A model generated the notes under the pieces. The model saw nothing but the letters and a program-made list of their open reading frames with translations. It searched no databases and had not been told where the DNA came from. Source: Minisyncoccota bacterium (GTDB lineage: Bacteria; Patescibacteriota; Minisyncoccia; UBA6257; UBA9933). From it: a stretch of DNA of 64,000 bases. The stretch spans positions 6,896 through 70,895 of the forward strand of contig JBAZLC010000002.1 in NCBI GenBank assembly GCA_041650415.1, in the 5' to 3' direction. Below are positions 37,690 to 48,024 of this stretch, piece after piece (within the stretch, counting starts at the first letter, position 1; each line of letters opens with the position of its first letter). The position numbers were made by a program, and so were the translations under genes.

Positions 37690-39693
37690 TTATTGTTTTT
37701 CAGCTTCATGTTCTTCCGAAGTCCCGCTATAACCACTGCCAAACAAACTGCCGCCAAAATTTTTACGGCTGCCATAAAGCCCGCGCGCCCAATTTCTGAA
37801 AGAAGGATTTAAATTCTTATCAATATATTCCAATTTTTCTTTAACGCCCTTTTTCCTGACTTCTTCATCTCTTATATTTGCTTTCTCAAACGTATCAATA
37901 TAATTATCGACTTCGTCTTGGAAATTAACGACGTCTTCGCCTTTTAGTGAAGACCTAGCTTTTGATATCGCGCCGGGATGAGCATCAAATATTGATTTGA
38001 CAACTTCGCTTCTGATATTTTCATGTTCTGTGTCAGTTAAGCCATACGAGGCTTTTTTACCCAAAATATTCCCTTGAAGCTTATCGTAATCTTTAATTGA
38101 ATGACTCATTCTGAATTTCTTTGTCGCTGCTTGAATGGAAATCGCTTTACCATCTTCATCTTTTCCTGTTAACATCGCAGTATTAAAGCCCATGGTTTTC
38201 TCCATATCGCCATATTCCTTACCCTTACCATAACTCGCGAAAATCTTTTTCATCTTCGGGTCTTTAATGTATTTCGCCGCGTCAGGAACCATATCCAAAT
38301 TTTTATTCTTGGTTAATCTGGACAAAGCCGCAACTCTTTCATCGTTTGTCATGGTAGATACTCTTAATGCCAGCTGCTTATCGGAAAGATTTTTTTGTCT
38401 GGCTTCCGCTTGGCTGGTTAATTTCTCTCCTTGTTGAACGCCGACGCTTCCCAATCTATTACCCAGCCTACCCAAAGTATTTCTTGCAAGAAATCCTCCC
38501 TCGGCGCCGATTTTCTGCATTCCTTCAATCGCTCTTTGTCCGATAGCCGAACGCGCCGGCAAAGTTCCAAGCCGTATCCCCTTTCTTCCCGCCCAACCGC
38601 CAAACGCCTTGCCCGTGCCTTGCGCCCAACCCATAGCGGTTGAAGCAAAAGTAATTCCCATTTTATTCGCCGCGAACAAACCTCCAAGAAGCAGTCCCGT
38701 CGTAATTATAATTTGAAGAACATGATCAAAAAAACCTTTGTTTAAAATCATTGAATCGCTGAAAGCTTTTTGAATTGCCGCGTTTTCTTGCTGTCCAATA
38801 TTAGAAATGCCATTTAATTGATTGCCGCTTGATATAACCAAAACTATAAAGAATAAAACTATGGGCGCAAAAAACGTCCAACGGAGAAAATTACTCCACC
38901 ACTCCGACCAATATTTTGAAGTTCCCGGGAAAATCCACAAAAGCCATACTATCGGCATAATAATCAGCAAAATGCCGAGAGTAACCGCCCGAATCAAAAG
39001 CATTATTGTTAAAGCAAAAAAAGTTAAAATTATTATAAATATAAAAACAATCGCGAATAAAAGACTTGCCATGTATTGAAAAATATAACTGAAAAGACCG
39101 GTTGCAATCTTCCACAATGACGCATCTTTTACCTGAACAAGTCCCTGTGGATTAAGAATTCCCATTAAGCCGTCGGATATGCTTTTACCGTTTAATCCCT
39201 GGAGGAAAAAGTCCGTGAAAATATTTGAAACCGAAATAAAAGCTCCGGCAATAGTTAAGCTGAAATTAACCAACAACGCGGCAACGATTAATTTCCAAAG
39301 AGTTTGCTTCATCGCGTAGCTTTGGACTCTGAAAATCGTGGCAAACGCCATTACTATAATCGCGAAAACAAATCCCAAATTCGCAAAACTTATCATAACA
39401 TTGGAACCGGTTTGCACGATCGGGAGACTTATTACGCTTTTTCCTATGTTAATTGAAAAATTAAGAACTGCCGCCAGCATTGCTAAAATTCCGGAAGAAA
39501 CGGTTAATAAAAAATTTAACAAAACTGGCCCTGAATCAACGGAGCCATCCGTTACTTTAGTCAAAGCCACATCGTTTGTATGGTTATAGTCAGCTGGAGA
39601 AACAGGCTGGGCAAAAACACAATTGGCGGTCAAAAACATCGCACCGAAAACCAAAAGCGTTAAAATTATTTTATTTTTGTTTTTTATTTTCAT
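37690..39693 (-). CDS. VirB6/TrbL-like polytopic membrane protein
   Basis: LIVAALLVNFS, LLIRAVTLGILLIIMPI, WSEWW; glycine-rich then soluble tail. Confidence 0.75.
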   Translation of the reverse strand: MKIKNKNKIILTLLVFGAMFLTANCVFAQPVSPADYNHTNDVALTKVTDGSVDSGPVLLNFLLTVSSGILAMLAAVLNFSINIGKSVISLPIVQTGSNVMISFANLGFVFAIIVMAFATIFRVQSYAMKQTLWKLIVAALLVNFSLTIAGAFISVSNIFTDFFLQGLNGKSISDGLMGILNPQGLVQVKDASLWKIATGLFSYIFQYMASLLFAIVFIFIIILTFFALTIMLLIRAVTLGILLIIMPIVWLLWIFPGTSKYWSEWWSNFLRWTFFAPIVLFFIVLVISSGNQLNGISNIGQQENAAIQKAFSDSMILNKGFFDHVLQIIITTGLLLGGLFAANKMGITFASTAMGWAQGTGKAFGGWAGRKGIRLGTLPARSAIGQRAIEGMQKIGAEGGFLARNTLGRLGNRLGSVGVQQGEKLTSQAEARQKNLSDKQLALRVSTMTNDERVAALSRLTKNKNLDMVPDAAKYIKDPKMKKIFASYGKGKEYGDMEKTMGFNTAMLTGKDEDGKAISIQAATKKFRMSHSIKDYDKLQGNILGKKASYGLTDTEHENIRSEVVKSIFDAHPGAISKARSSLKGEDVVNFQDEVDNYIDTFEKANIRDEEVRKKGVKEKLEYIDKNLNPSFRNWARGLYGSRKNFGGSLFGSGYSGTSEEHEAEKQ

Positions 39694-39718
39694 TAGAATA
39701 AATTAAATAATGCCGGTA

Positions 39719-41293
39719 TTACGGATTAGTCGATGTCGCGCTTGTCGATGTCGCGCTTGTCGCCCTGCACGAGCTAAGCGCCGCCAAAGCAAGTCTTTCC
39801 TTATTTGCTTTATCGGTAACCTCAAGAGCAGCAGCGGATCTATCAGAACCGGTAGTAAGCGGCTCCAAATATTGTTGATTAGAATATATGCCTATAAATT
39901 GAGAATAAACTCCTTGGGCCTGCGATATTTCAACGGAATCCACGGTAATTGAAGTTGCCGAATTTGTATATTTCGAATAAATGGTATCGATTTTATCAAG
40001 CGCGTTATTGGATTGCTGAACTCTTAATGCGAAATCATCCACCTTCCCTTTTAAAATTGATTGGGCGGCATTGGATTTGGCAATGGCGCTATCAGTACTG
40101 GTTGCGTTTAAAACGCTCAATATGTCATTGCCGTTCTCGGTATCAATGGCTATCCCGCAAGATCTTGATTTTATTTCCTGAAGCGCGCTTATTACCTGGG
40201 AATTAGAATCAAATGCTTTGCTGTATTGTGATACCAAGAAACTCCATTCACTGAGAAACGGATTTATTCCATCTATCATCATTTTTTGATCGGATTTAAG
40301 ATTTTGAATTATGGCGTCTTGATACTGCCCGGTATAGCCCGCCGCGGAATTCTCATTGGAAGAATTTGAATTCGCTATCAAACTAAGTCCTTCTTTGGTT
40401 AAACGGGTAATAAGAGCGTTTATTATCGCTGACATATACGATTGAACGTTAGCCGCCCATTGGGAATCGGAATTAATCGCCGTTTTAACCGCTTCACCGA
40501 CCACGGCGCCCGGAGTGACATTTTCCATGTCTTTAGCAAGACAATAATTACCCTTAGAATCTTTTTGATACATTGACGGCGGCGTATTATCTTCAAAAGC
40601 ATCAAGTCCATACCCGCCGCCTTTACACCTTTTAACCGACAAAAATCCACTTCCGGCTTGAACTTCTTTTGACGCGGCATCCACCGCTTTAGCGGCTTCA
40701 GCGTTAAGATTGGCGCTAACTTGCAAAGCTACTCCAAAATAATTACCCTGCGACTGCATTGTTTCGGTATAACCTACCCAGCCGCCTTTGTTAAAATCTT
40801 TATAAAAATCGTCTATGTTTTTCACAATGCCGTCTAAAGTGCATTTTACTTGCTGACCGAATTTCGGTGCCGGCGTAAGCCCCAATAAAATCTGCGCTTT
40901 AAAAGGCGAACAAATAAAAGAAGCATTTGTTTTAAGCACCACGTCTCCAATTGCCGCGTTGGCGGAACTCCTTAAAAACCCGCTAAAATCAGTGACAAAT
41001 TGAGGCTTACCGCCGCCCTGAATCCAGGCAATCGTCTGATCTGTCATATAATCCATAATGCGCTTGACTATCGCGTCACGGAGAGCTTTCAAAGCTTCAT
41101 CTTTCGCCCATTGTGCAACTTGTACTGCCCAATTACCAAGTGCCAAACCAAAAGCTTGAGGATCAAATACAACATCCTCAATTCCCCAAACCGCTAAAGC
41201 TTTTTTTGGAGATTGAAAAATATTAGAAACACCAAAAATAAGTGTAAAAATTATTAGAAAAAGTATTGTTTTTTTTATAAAACTGTTTTTCAT
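39719..41293 (-). CDS. Secreted hypothetical protein of the T4SS-like locus
   Basis: Signal peptide ending ALA; WIQGGGKPQFV; GSGFLSVKRC; TPG; ATST tail. Confidence 0.7.
   Translation of the reverse strand: MKNSFIKKTILFLIIFTLIFGVSNIFQSPKKALAVWGIEDVVFDPQAFGLALGNWAVQVAQWAKDEALKALRDAIVKRIMDYMTDQTIAWIQGGGKPQFVTDFSGFLRSSANAAIGDVVLKTNASFICSPFKAQILLGLTPAPKFGQQVKCTLDGIVKNIDDFYKDFNKGGWVGYTETMQSQGNYFGVALQVSANLNAEAAKAVDAASKEVQAGSGFLSVKRCKGGGYGLDAFEDNTPPSMYQKDSKGNYCLAKDMENVTPGAVVGEAVKTAINSDSQWAANVQSYMSAIINALITRLTKEGLSLIANSNSSNENSAAGYTGQYQDAIIQNLKSDQKMMIDGINPFLSEWSFLVSQYSKAFDSNSQVISALQEIKSRSCGIAIDTENGNDILSVLNATSTDSAIAKSNAAQSILKGKVDDFALRVQQSNNALDKIDTIYSKYTNSATSITVDSVEISQAQGVYSQFIGIYSNQQYLEPLTTGSDRSAAALEVTDKANKERLALAALSSCRATSATSTSATSTNP
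39729..39762. repeat. 15-bp tandem duplication encoding (TSATS)2
   Basis: GTCGATGTCGCGCTT twice, then GTCG. Confidence 0.8.
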
Positions 41294-42120
41294 AAATCAA
41301 TTCCTGTTGCTAATTTATAATATTCTTTTCCTATTTCAATTTCTTCATTTATCAGACCCGATACCATTTCAAAAAATAAACCCGCTTTTACCGGATCGTT
41401 CTGGATGTCGCCTATGCCCGAATAAATTATTCCCGCCTTCTTAAAAAATCTCAGATATCTTTTATGAAGCTCTAACTGATCCGTGGGAACGGACACGATC
41501 ATAAATCTGTTATAAAGATTTTGATATGTTTTTACTAATTGGTTTAATCCCGAAAAATCGCTTAATAATATCGCTTTATCAACGGCGCTTGTCGGGTTTT
41601 TATAAGCATCCGTTTCGTTTTGGGAAAAAACAATAAACACTCCCTCCAAATAATTTTTCTTTGCTTCTTTTGAATTATCCTGTAAAACTTTTATGGCTTT
41701 TTCGTCTATTGATAAATCATAATAAGATAAAGGATCTTTAATTCCGCTTATCGCGCTCTGAATTGCCTCTTTGTTATTGGGGTCTTCGGGATCAAAAACG
41801 GTCGAACTGTCTCCACTTTGAAACATATTTTCCATATCGCCAAACATTTGACTGGCAACCAATTCGGAAAAATTGATCTGCTTTGAAGAATTTAAAAAAT
41901 TCGATGATTCGTTCCCGACCGAGTCTCCCGTTAATATCTGTTCTTTTGCTTTTTCAATCCATTTAATCGGACTATTTTCCAATATTTGCTTGCTTAATTC
42001 CGAAATTCCGCCGTTTTCGCTCGAAGCCGCCGCGGGACCGGAATTTTTAAAAATAAAATAGGAGCTTACTATGCCTGCTAAAATTACCAAAACTACCGCC
42101 GTGTTTTTGATAGGATTCAT
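41290..42120 (-). CDS. Hypothetical single-TM protein
   Basis: N-terminal TM; VPTDQLELH; NDPVKA. Confidence 0.7.
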   Translation of the reverse strand: MNPIKNTAVVLVILAGIVSSYFIFKNSGPAAASSENGGISELSKQILENSPIKWIEKAKEQILTGDSVGNESSNFLNSSKQINFSELVASQMFGDMENMFQSGDSSTVFDPEDPNNKEAIQSAISGIKDPLSYYDLSIDEKAIKVLQDNSKEAKKNYLEGVFIVFSQNETDAYKNPTSAVDKAILLSDFSGLNQLVKTYQNLYNRFMIVSVPTDQLELHKRYLRFFKKAGIIYSGIGDIQNDPVKAGLFFEMVSGLINEEIEIGKEYYKLATGIDL

Positions 42121-42168
42121 TAATATTATTATATCAACATAACGGGCCCAAGAAAAGTGGATAGAGGG

Positions 42169-44583
42169 CTATTCCTGAAACGGACAGATTCCCGAATGCT
42201 TCGCGAGCGTCCAAATCGACAATGTCGTTGTGTGTGGATTTCCAACGCCCTCGACGGAGTTAATCCAGGCGCCCGATTTTAATTGGTTATCCATTATATT
42301 TTTAATCCAACTCTCTTTCACTAAGTTTTTAAACCCGTAATTTTCAAGAAAAGCCGCCCGCTCCACGTACAAATCGTCGACTTTTCCGCTTTTTTCTTCA
42401 TCAGACGCCATTTTTTGCGCGGCAGTTAAAATAATTTTATCAAGATCGTATCCCTCCGCAACGCATCCGTTTTCTTTAAAAAGAACCGCCGACCAAAATT
42501 TATGAGTAAGGTCGTAACCGGTTTCGGTTTCTATATTATCAAAAGCCTTAGCGGTAAAATCTTCCCGGACCGGATACAAATCACAATAAAGCGCCTGAGG
42601 TAAAACATCATTGTAAAAAGTTTGGGGGGTTTTTAAAATCGTCAAAGCTTTATCGCTAATTTTTTTGTAATCCGCTCTATTGGAAAAAAATCTTTCGAAT
42701 ACGGGCAAATAAGAATGATTTTCAAATTCCTTTAAAATGCCTTTCCAAAAAACTTCCGCTTTCGGCGAATGGCAATATTTATCGTTTATCATTTTAATCA
42801 TCATCGGAATTCCGGGATCTGCAAAATTCTTATCGTATTGATAAAGCCAACGCCATCCCGCGACGGCCGCTTGGTTTGACCGCGCGTCAAATGAATTTGC
42901 CAAAGAAAACATCGCCGCTTCGACCGCGAAAACCGCGATAAAAATCAAATAAACGATTACTACGTATTTTTCTTTAAATTTTTCCTTATTGATGACAAAA
43001 AACAATATTATTCCGAAAACCGCCGCGGTAATCAAAGTAATTACGTTTAAATAAAAAGTCACGGGTATCAACAGTAATCCGAAAAAAGCGAGCACGCCCA
43101 CAATCGCTTTCCCGTTTTTCGGTCCAAAAAAAGCCGGCAATGTTTTAACTCCCTCTTTCGCATCACCCTCGATATCTTTTAAATTCTTTATTTCAGCCAA
43201 AAGAAAAATTATCAGAAATATTCCCAGAGCGTATTTCACCGGAAAATTTCTTAAATTTTCCGTTCCCGCAACCATAAAAAATCCCATTAATACCGCGATT
43301 AATCCGTTAATGGCCGTAATAAAAGAAGAAGCGCCTAAAAATCTTTTGAGTCTGAGCGGCGGCGCGGAATACAAATGATAAACGATTAAAAATAAAACCG
43401 TAAAAGTAAACAAGTAAAATCCTCCCAAAAATGCGGAGCTTAATGCCAGAAAAAGAAACAGATATTTCAAATTTCTCCATTCTTCGTTGGTGAAAGATCC
43501 TCTTATCAACGGCCTGTCGGAATTGGAAATTTTATCGGTTTCCAAATCCGCTTCGTCATTTTCCCAAACCGAAAAGGCCCATGAAAAAATCAGACATAAA
43601 AACAAGCAAGCCAAAGATGTAAAATCAAACAAGGAGCCTATCGGATTGTAACCGGCAAATTTCATCCCCAGATAAATTCCCACCGAAGCCATCAGAGAAT
43701 AATGAATTATTCTTGATAGCCGGAAATTTTTTATTACGGCAATAAATTTTTTCGCATCGTACAGCCACAGCCACCATCCAAGAAGCAGAATGTCCGTTAT
43801 TAGAAAAATTATCGAAAGAGTCGCGGAATATTGGTTATTTATTTTTTGGGACTCGGTTAAACCGTTAATTCCGTTTTCAACGACAAAAGTCCGGTCTTTG
43901 GTAATTGCGTCCGCCGGCTCTTGCCGGTAATAAAAATAATTAGTTGTCTGATAATTAATTTCCCGATAGTCATTTGTAATTGCATTATCCGCCGCAAAGA
44001 TATAAACCGGCATGCTTATAAAAAAGAACGTAACGGCATAAATTGCCAGAACGCAAAAGAAGGAACGCCAAATGTTTTTTGTTTTATAAAAAACGTAATA
44101 ACCCAACCCCAGCAAACCCAAAGCAAGTTCTATCTTCATGCCAAGTGTGGCGCCGGTAGTTCTTCCGGCGATGCCGCCGAAAAAAGAAAGGAATGAATGC
44201 ACTAAATCGGAAAAATCGCCGACTATGAAAACATAACGAACCTGATTTCCTTTTTGAATAATAATGTCTAAAATCGGCGATAAAATTACCAACCATGAAA
44301 ATATTGCTCCCAGCCGGCTCACTTTTTCAATTTTCTCTCCCGTGAATAATCTTAAAAAGATAAATACCGAAATAAAACCCATAAAAAACCACAGCGGATA
44401 ATGAAAATACGTATCAATCACGCCCATTATGCGGTTCCCGTTGTCAAAATTGGCGTAATTTTCCAAAAACCCCCTTAAAAAAGAAACAATATATATAAGT
44501 AAAAATACCACCCCAAAAGATATCTGCTTATTATTTTCTATTTTTTCTATAAGCGCTTTTAACGGATTTAACGTCATTTTCAA
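42169..44583 (-). CDS. UbiA-family prenyltransferase fused to an N-terminal membrane domain and a C-terminal soluble domain
   Basis: NDEADLETDKISNSDRPL, YSAPPLRLK, KNLKDIEGDAKEGVKTLP. The start may be ATG 44577. Confidence 0.85.
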   Translation of the reverse strand: MKMTLNPLKALIEKIENNKQISFGVVFLLIYIVSFLRGFLENYANFDNGNRIMGVIDTYFHYPLWFFMGFISVFIFLRLFTGEKIEKVSRLGAIFSWLVILSPILDIIIQKGNQVRYVFIVGDFSDLVHSFLSFFGGIAGRTTGATLGMKIELALGLLGLGYYVFYKTKNIWRSFFCVLAIYAVTFFFISMPVYIFAADNAITNDYREINYQTTNYFYYRQEPADAITKDRTFVVENGINGLTESQKINNQYSATLSIIFLITDILLLGWWLWLYDAKKFIAVIKNFRLSRIIHYSLMASVGIYLGMKFAGYNPIGSLFDFTSLACLFLCLIFSWAFSVWENDEADLETDKISNSDRPLIRGSFTNEEWRNLKYLFLFLALSSAFLGGFYLFTFTVLFLIVYHLYSAPPLRLKRFLGASSFITAINGLIAVLMGFFMVAGTENLRNFPVKYALGIFLIIFLLAEIKNLKDIEGDAKEGVKTLPAFFGPKNGKAIVGVLAFFGLLLIPVTFYLNVITLITAAVFGIILFFVINKEKFKEKYVVIVYLIFIAVFAVEAAMFSLANSFDARSNQAAVAGWRWLYQYDKNFADPGIPMMIKMINDKYCHSPKAEVFWKGILKEFENHSYLPVFERFFSNRADYKKISDKALTILKTPQTFYNDVLPQALYCDLYPVREDFTAKAFDNIETETGYDLTHKFWSAVLFKENGCVAEGYDLDKIILTAAQKMASDEEKSGKVDDLYVERAAFLENYGFKNLVKESWIKNIMDNQLKSGAWINSVEGVGNPHTTTLSIWTLAKHSGICPFQE

Positions 44584-44614
44584 AAAGTATAGCTTAAAAA
44601 ATCAGCTCTAGCAA

Positions 44615-45388
44615 TTAAATCAATTTTTTAATTTGTTCAATATTTAAATTTTGCGGTCTGTCCCCCGGCTTAATTCCGGTCTTCAGCAAAGTTTTTAAAA
44701 TTTCCTCTTTTTTACCCGATGGCGACAAATTATTAATAATCGTTTTCCTCGGCTGCTTGAATAAAACTTTAATAAATGCGTAGTAATCACTATCCTTAAT
44801 TTTTATTTCTTTATTTTTAATTCTTAATCTTATTATCGCGCTATCCACTTTCGGCACGGGCACAAAATCTTTCTTGGAAATATAACTTATTATTTTCGGG
44901 TCCGCCCAAAATTGAACGCTTGCCGCCAATAAATTCATATCGGGCGCTTGAGCGCAAATTCTTTGGGCCACTTCTTTTTGAATCGTTAAAACCGTTAGAT
45001 CGGGCTTTGTTTTTAATTCGCTTATAATTCTCAACAAATATCCGGTAATGTAATAAGGAATATTACCGGCAATTTTATAGGATTTAAGATCTAAGACATA
45101 AGATTTAAGAACTTTTAAGGCGTCTCCTTCAACTATTTCGATTTTTTTGTCTTCGGAAAATTCTTTCCTTAGAAATTCCGCCAGTTTTACGTCTTTTTCA
45201 ATCGCTATAATTCTTATTTCTTTACTCTTATTTCTTATTTCTCTTGTAAGCTCTCCATGACCCGGGCCGATTTCAATTACAGTATCGCCTTTTTTTAATT
45301 CCAAAACCTCCGCGATTTTCCGCAGCTTGGATTTATTTTTTAAAAAGTTTTGCCCCAGGCTCTTCTTGGCACGGATTCTTTTAAACAT
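44615..45388 (-). CDS. rsmA: 16S rRNA dimethyladenosine transferase
   Basis: KKSLGQNFL, IEIGPGHG, GNIPYYIT, QKEVA, PKVDS. Confidence 0.97.
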   Translation of the reverse strand: MFKRIRAKKSLGQNFLKNKSKLRKIAEVLELKKGDTVIEIGPGHGELTREIRNKSKEIRIIAIEKDVKLAEFLRKEFSEDKKIEIVEGDALKVLKSYVLDLKSYKIAGNIPYYITGYLLRIISELKTKPDLTVLTIQKEVAQRICAQAPDMNLLAASVQFWADPKIISYISKKDFVPVPKVDSAIIRLRIKNKEIKIKDSDYYAFIKVLFKQPRKTIINNLSPSGKKEEILKTLLKTGIKPGDRPQNLNIEQIKKLI

Positions 45389-46928
45389 TTTGAGTTTTCT
45401 CCCTTAATCTGTACTGAAACGCCTCGGCTAAATGATTGGCGAAAATTTTCGGCGATTTTTCGATATCGGCTATTGTCTGGGCGATTTTTATTATCCGGTA
45501 ATAGCCGCGCGCCGAAACAAAAGATTTTTCTAAAATATTTTTCAAAAAGTTTTCCGCGTCAGCCGCGAAATTCACCAAATCATCCACCTGTTTGGAACTC
45601 ATTTCTGAATTAAGCCTGATTTTCGTTTTTGCCCCGGTAAATCTTTGTTTTTGTATTTCTCTGGCTTTTTGAACGCTATTTCTCATCTTTTCCGCCGACT
45701 TTTCATCGCGAGTTTTTGCTCTTAAATCGGTTACTTTAACTCTTGGCACTTCTATTTGAATGTCTATTCTATCCAACAACGGCCCGGAAATTTTCTTTTG
45801 ATACCGGAAAACTTCATTAGCGGTGCAGCGGCATTCTTTTTCGGTATCACCGAAATATCCGCAAGGACACGGATTCATCGCCGCTACCAGCGAAAATTTC
45901 GCCGGAAAATTCAAAACACTTTTTGCGCGGGAAACCGAAATCTGTCCGCTTTCAATCGGCTGGCGTAATGACTCGAGTAAATCTCTTCTGAATTCCGGAA
46001 TCTCGTCCAAAAATAAAATTCCGAAATGCGCCAAACTTATTTCTCCCGGCCTGGGATTGGTTCCGCCGCCGACAACAGAAACCGGCGAAGCGGTATGATG
46101 CGGAGCGCGGAACGGCCGGAAATTCAAAAAATTATTTTCTTTCAGCATTCCGGCAGCGCTGTAAATTTGAGTAATTTCAATCGCCTCTTCAAGCGAAGGC
46201 GGAGGCAAAATTGAAGCGAGCGCCTGAGCCATCATGGTTTTTCCGGCGCCCGGAGTCCCAGACATCAAAATGTGATGTCCGCCCGCAGCCGCGACCGTCA
46301 ACGCCCGCTTGGCATTTTCCTGTCCTTTGATTTCCGAAATATCTACCAATGATTGATTATATGCCGGAATGAATTCAACTTCTTTTTGCTCTTTGATTAT
46401 TTTCCTATCTTCAAGATGATTTATAAGTTCCTCAAGGCTTGAAACCGGAATAATTTTTATTCCCCTTATCACAGCCGCTTCTATGGCATTACCCTTAGGT
46501 AAAAATAAAAATTTAAATCCGAGCTTTTTCGCCAGCCGGCTGATATTTAAGGCGCCGCTTATTGGCCGCAAGCCGCCTTCCAAAGAAAGCTCGCCGATAA
46601 AAATTTTATCTCCCGTTTCGAATTGCCTGATTTGTTTTGTCGCCAGAAGATACCCGAGAGCAAGCGCCAAATCGTATTGCGAACCGGCTTTTTTTACGTC
46701 CGCCGGCGCAAGATTAATTGTTATTTTCCTGTTTTCTTTATTTGGCGGTTTTACTCCACTGTTTTTCAAAGCCGAACTCACTCTTTCCTTGGCTTCATTT
46801 AAAGCTTTGTCTGCCAACCCGACTATATTAAAAGAATGGAGGCCAACGTTTATGTCGGTCTCCACCTCTATTAATTTCGCGTCAATTCCTTCAAGCTCGG
46901 CTGAATAAACCTTGGAAAAGTTTTTCAT
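45381..46928 (-). CDS. comM: ComM/YifB Mg-chelatase-like AAA+ ATPase
   Basis: INLAPAD, GTPGAGKT, RPFRAPHHT, FLDEIPEF, NPCPCG. Confidence 0.95.
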   Translation of the reverse strand: MKNFSKVYSAELEGIDAKLIEVETDINVGLHSFNIVGLADKALNEAKERVSSALKNSGVKPPNKENRKITINLAPADVKKAGSQYDLALALGYLLATKQIRQFETGDKIFIGELSLEGGLRPISGALNISRLAKKLGFKFLFLPKGNAIEAAVIRGIKIIPVSSLEELINHLEDRKIIKEQKEVEFIPAYNQSLVDISEIKGQENAKRALTVAAAGGHHILMSGTPGAGKTMMAQALASILPPPSLEEAIEITQIYSAAGMLKENNFLNFRPFRAPHHTASPVSVVGGGTNPRPGEISLAHFGILFLDEIPEFRRDLLESLRQPIESGQISVSRAKSVLNFPAKFSLVAAMNPCPCGYFGDTEKECRCTANEVFRYQKKISGPLLDRIDIQIEVPRVKVTDLRAKTRDEKSAEKMRNSVQKAREIQKQRFTGAKTKIRLNSEMSSKQVDDLVNFAADAENFLKNILEKSFVSARGYYRIIKIAQTIADIEKSPKIFANHLAEAFQYRLREKTQNV

Positions 46929-46941
46929 TTCTCAATAAAAT

Positions 46942-47277
46942 TTACTGCATAAGTTTTTTGCACGCCTTGCAAAATCTTGATTCCGGCGCCGCTTCAAGAA
47001 CGTCAGCTGAAATTTTCCTCCCGCATCTTTCGCAAACCCCATATTTATGTTTTTTCATTTTATCCAAAGCCGTATCAACGTCCGCCAATTTTTCTTTGTA
47101 ATCTTGAGATATTGCCATTTGAGTTCCAAACTCCTCCGTTTCATCCGTTTCTTCGTCGCCCGAATCGATGTCATTGCCGAATTCCGGGACTTTCTGAAGT
47201 TTTTTTATCCTCTCTTCAAGAAAACTTCTTAAACGCGTAAGTTGATTTTTAAATTTTATTAAAAGTTGAATATCCAT
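46942..47277 (-). CDS. TraR/DksA C4 zinc-finger protein
   Basis: YGVCERCG...APESRFCKAC. Confidence 0.85.
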   Translation of the reverse strand: MDIQLLIKFKNQLTRLRSFLEERIKKLQKVPEFGNDIDSGDEETDETEEFGTQMAISQDYKEKLADVDTALDKMKKHKYGVCERCGRKISADVLEAAPESRFCKACKKLMQ

Positions 47278-47285
47278 ATTTTAAT

Positions 47286-47672
47286 TTATACTGCCGGCAT
47301 TTGCGCCGGGAAAATCCAGTTTGAAAAAACGAAATATCCGAAAAATCCGACAGTAACTACTCCAGCAACAATCGCTATTATTATTAATACTGATTTTATC
47401 CAGCTTGATTTTTCAACGGCTGGCGCGTTTGAATCTTCTTTCGGCAGAATTCCGGACATCGACGAAAAAATCGGTTTTTCCGGCCCAGCGTATCCTGCAA
47501 CTTCAAATTTATTTTCTTGATTCTCTTGAGGCTGCACGAAAGTTTGAGGCGCGGCCATTTCTCCCCCGCCTTGCTCCAATGCTTTAATATCCGAATCCAT
47601 TGTCCTGATGCTTATTTCTGGAGCCGGAGGCGCCGGCACTTCTTTTTTTTGTTCATCAAAATTTCCGTCCAT
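47286..47672 (-). CDS. Hypothetical C-terminally anchored protein
   Basis: IRTMDSDI motif and a C-terminal TM. Confidence 0.65.
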   Translation of the reverse strand: MDGNFDEQKKEVPAPPAPEISIRTMDSDIKALEQGGGEMAAPQTFVQPQENQENKFEVAGYAGPEKPIFSSMSGILPKEDSNAPAVEKSSWIKSVLIIIAIVAGVVTVGFFGYFVFSNWIFPAQMPAV

Positions 47673-47722
47673 TAATATATTTTACAATGGCGGGAAATTA
47701 AAGCAAGGGGAAATAAATAAGA

Positions 47723-47989
47723 TTAATTTTTGGAACTGATTTTTGTCAGCATTCCCAAGGCCGTGCCTGTTCCGATTCCCAGCGAATAAACCAAAATCGC
47801 CACAAGACTCCTTTCGGAATCAAGCTTGGTAATTATATTATAGAGTACCAACATTGAAACAACGTTAACCGCGAAAGAATAAAAAGTCGCCGGAATAATC
47901 CGTTCTTTTTGCATAAACCGCCAATTAAGAGTAAGTAAAAAATCCTGCAAAGTTCCGGCTAAAAAATAAATAATTAAATAATAATCCAT
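47723..47989 (-). CDS. Small three-TM hypothetical protein
   Basis: Hydrophobic ORF with YSLGIGTGTALG. Confidence 0.65.
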   Translation of the reverse strand: MDYYLIIYFLAGTLQDFLLTLNWRFMQKERIIPATFYSFAVNVVSMLVLYNIITKLDSERSLVAILVYSLGIGTGTALGMLTKISSKN

Positions 47990-48024
47990 GTTTTAAATTG
48001 AATAAGATTAATAAATTATACCTT

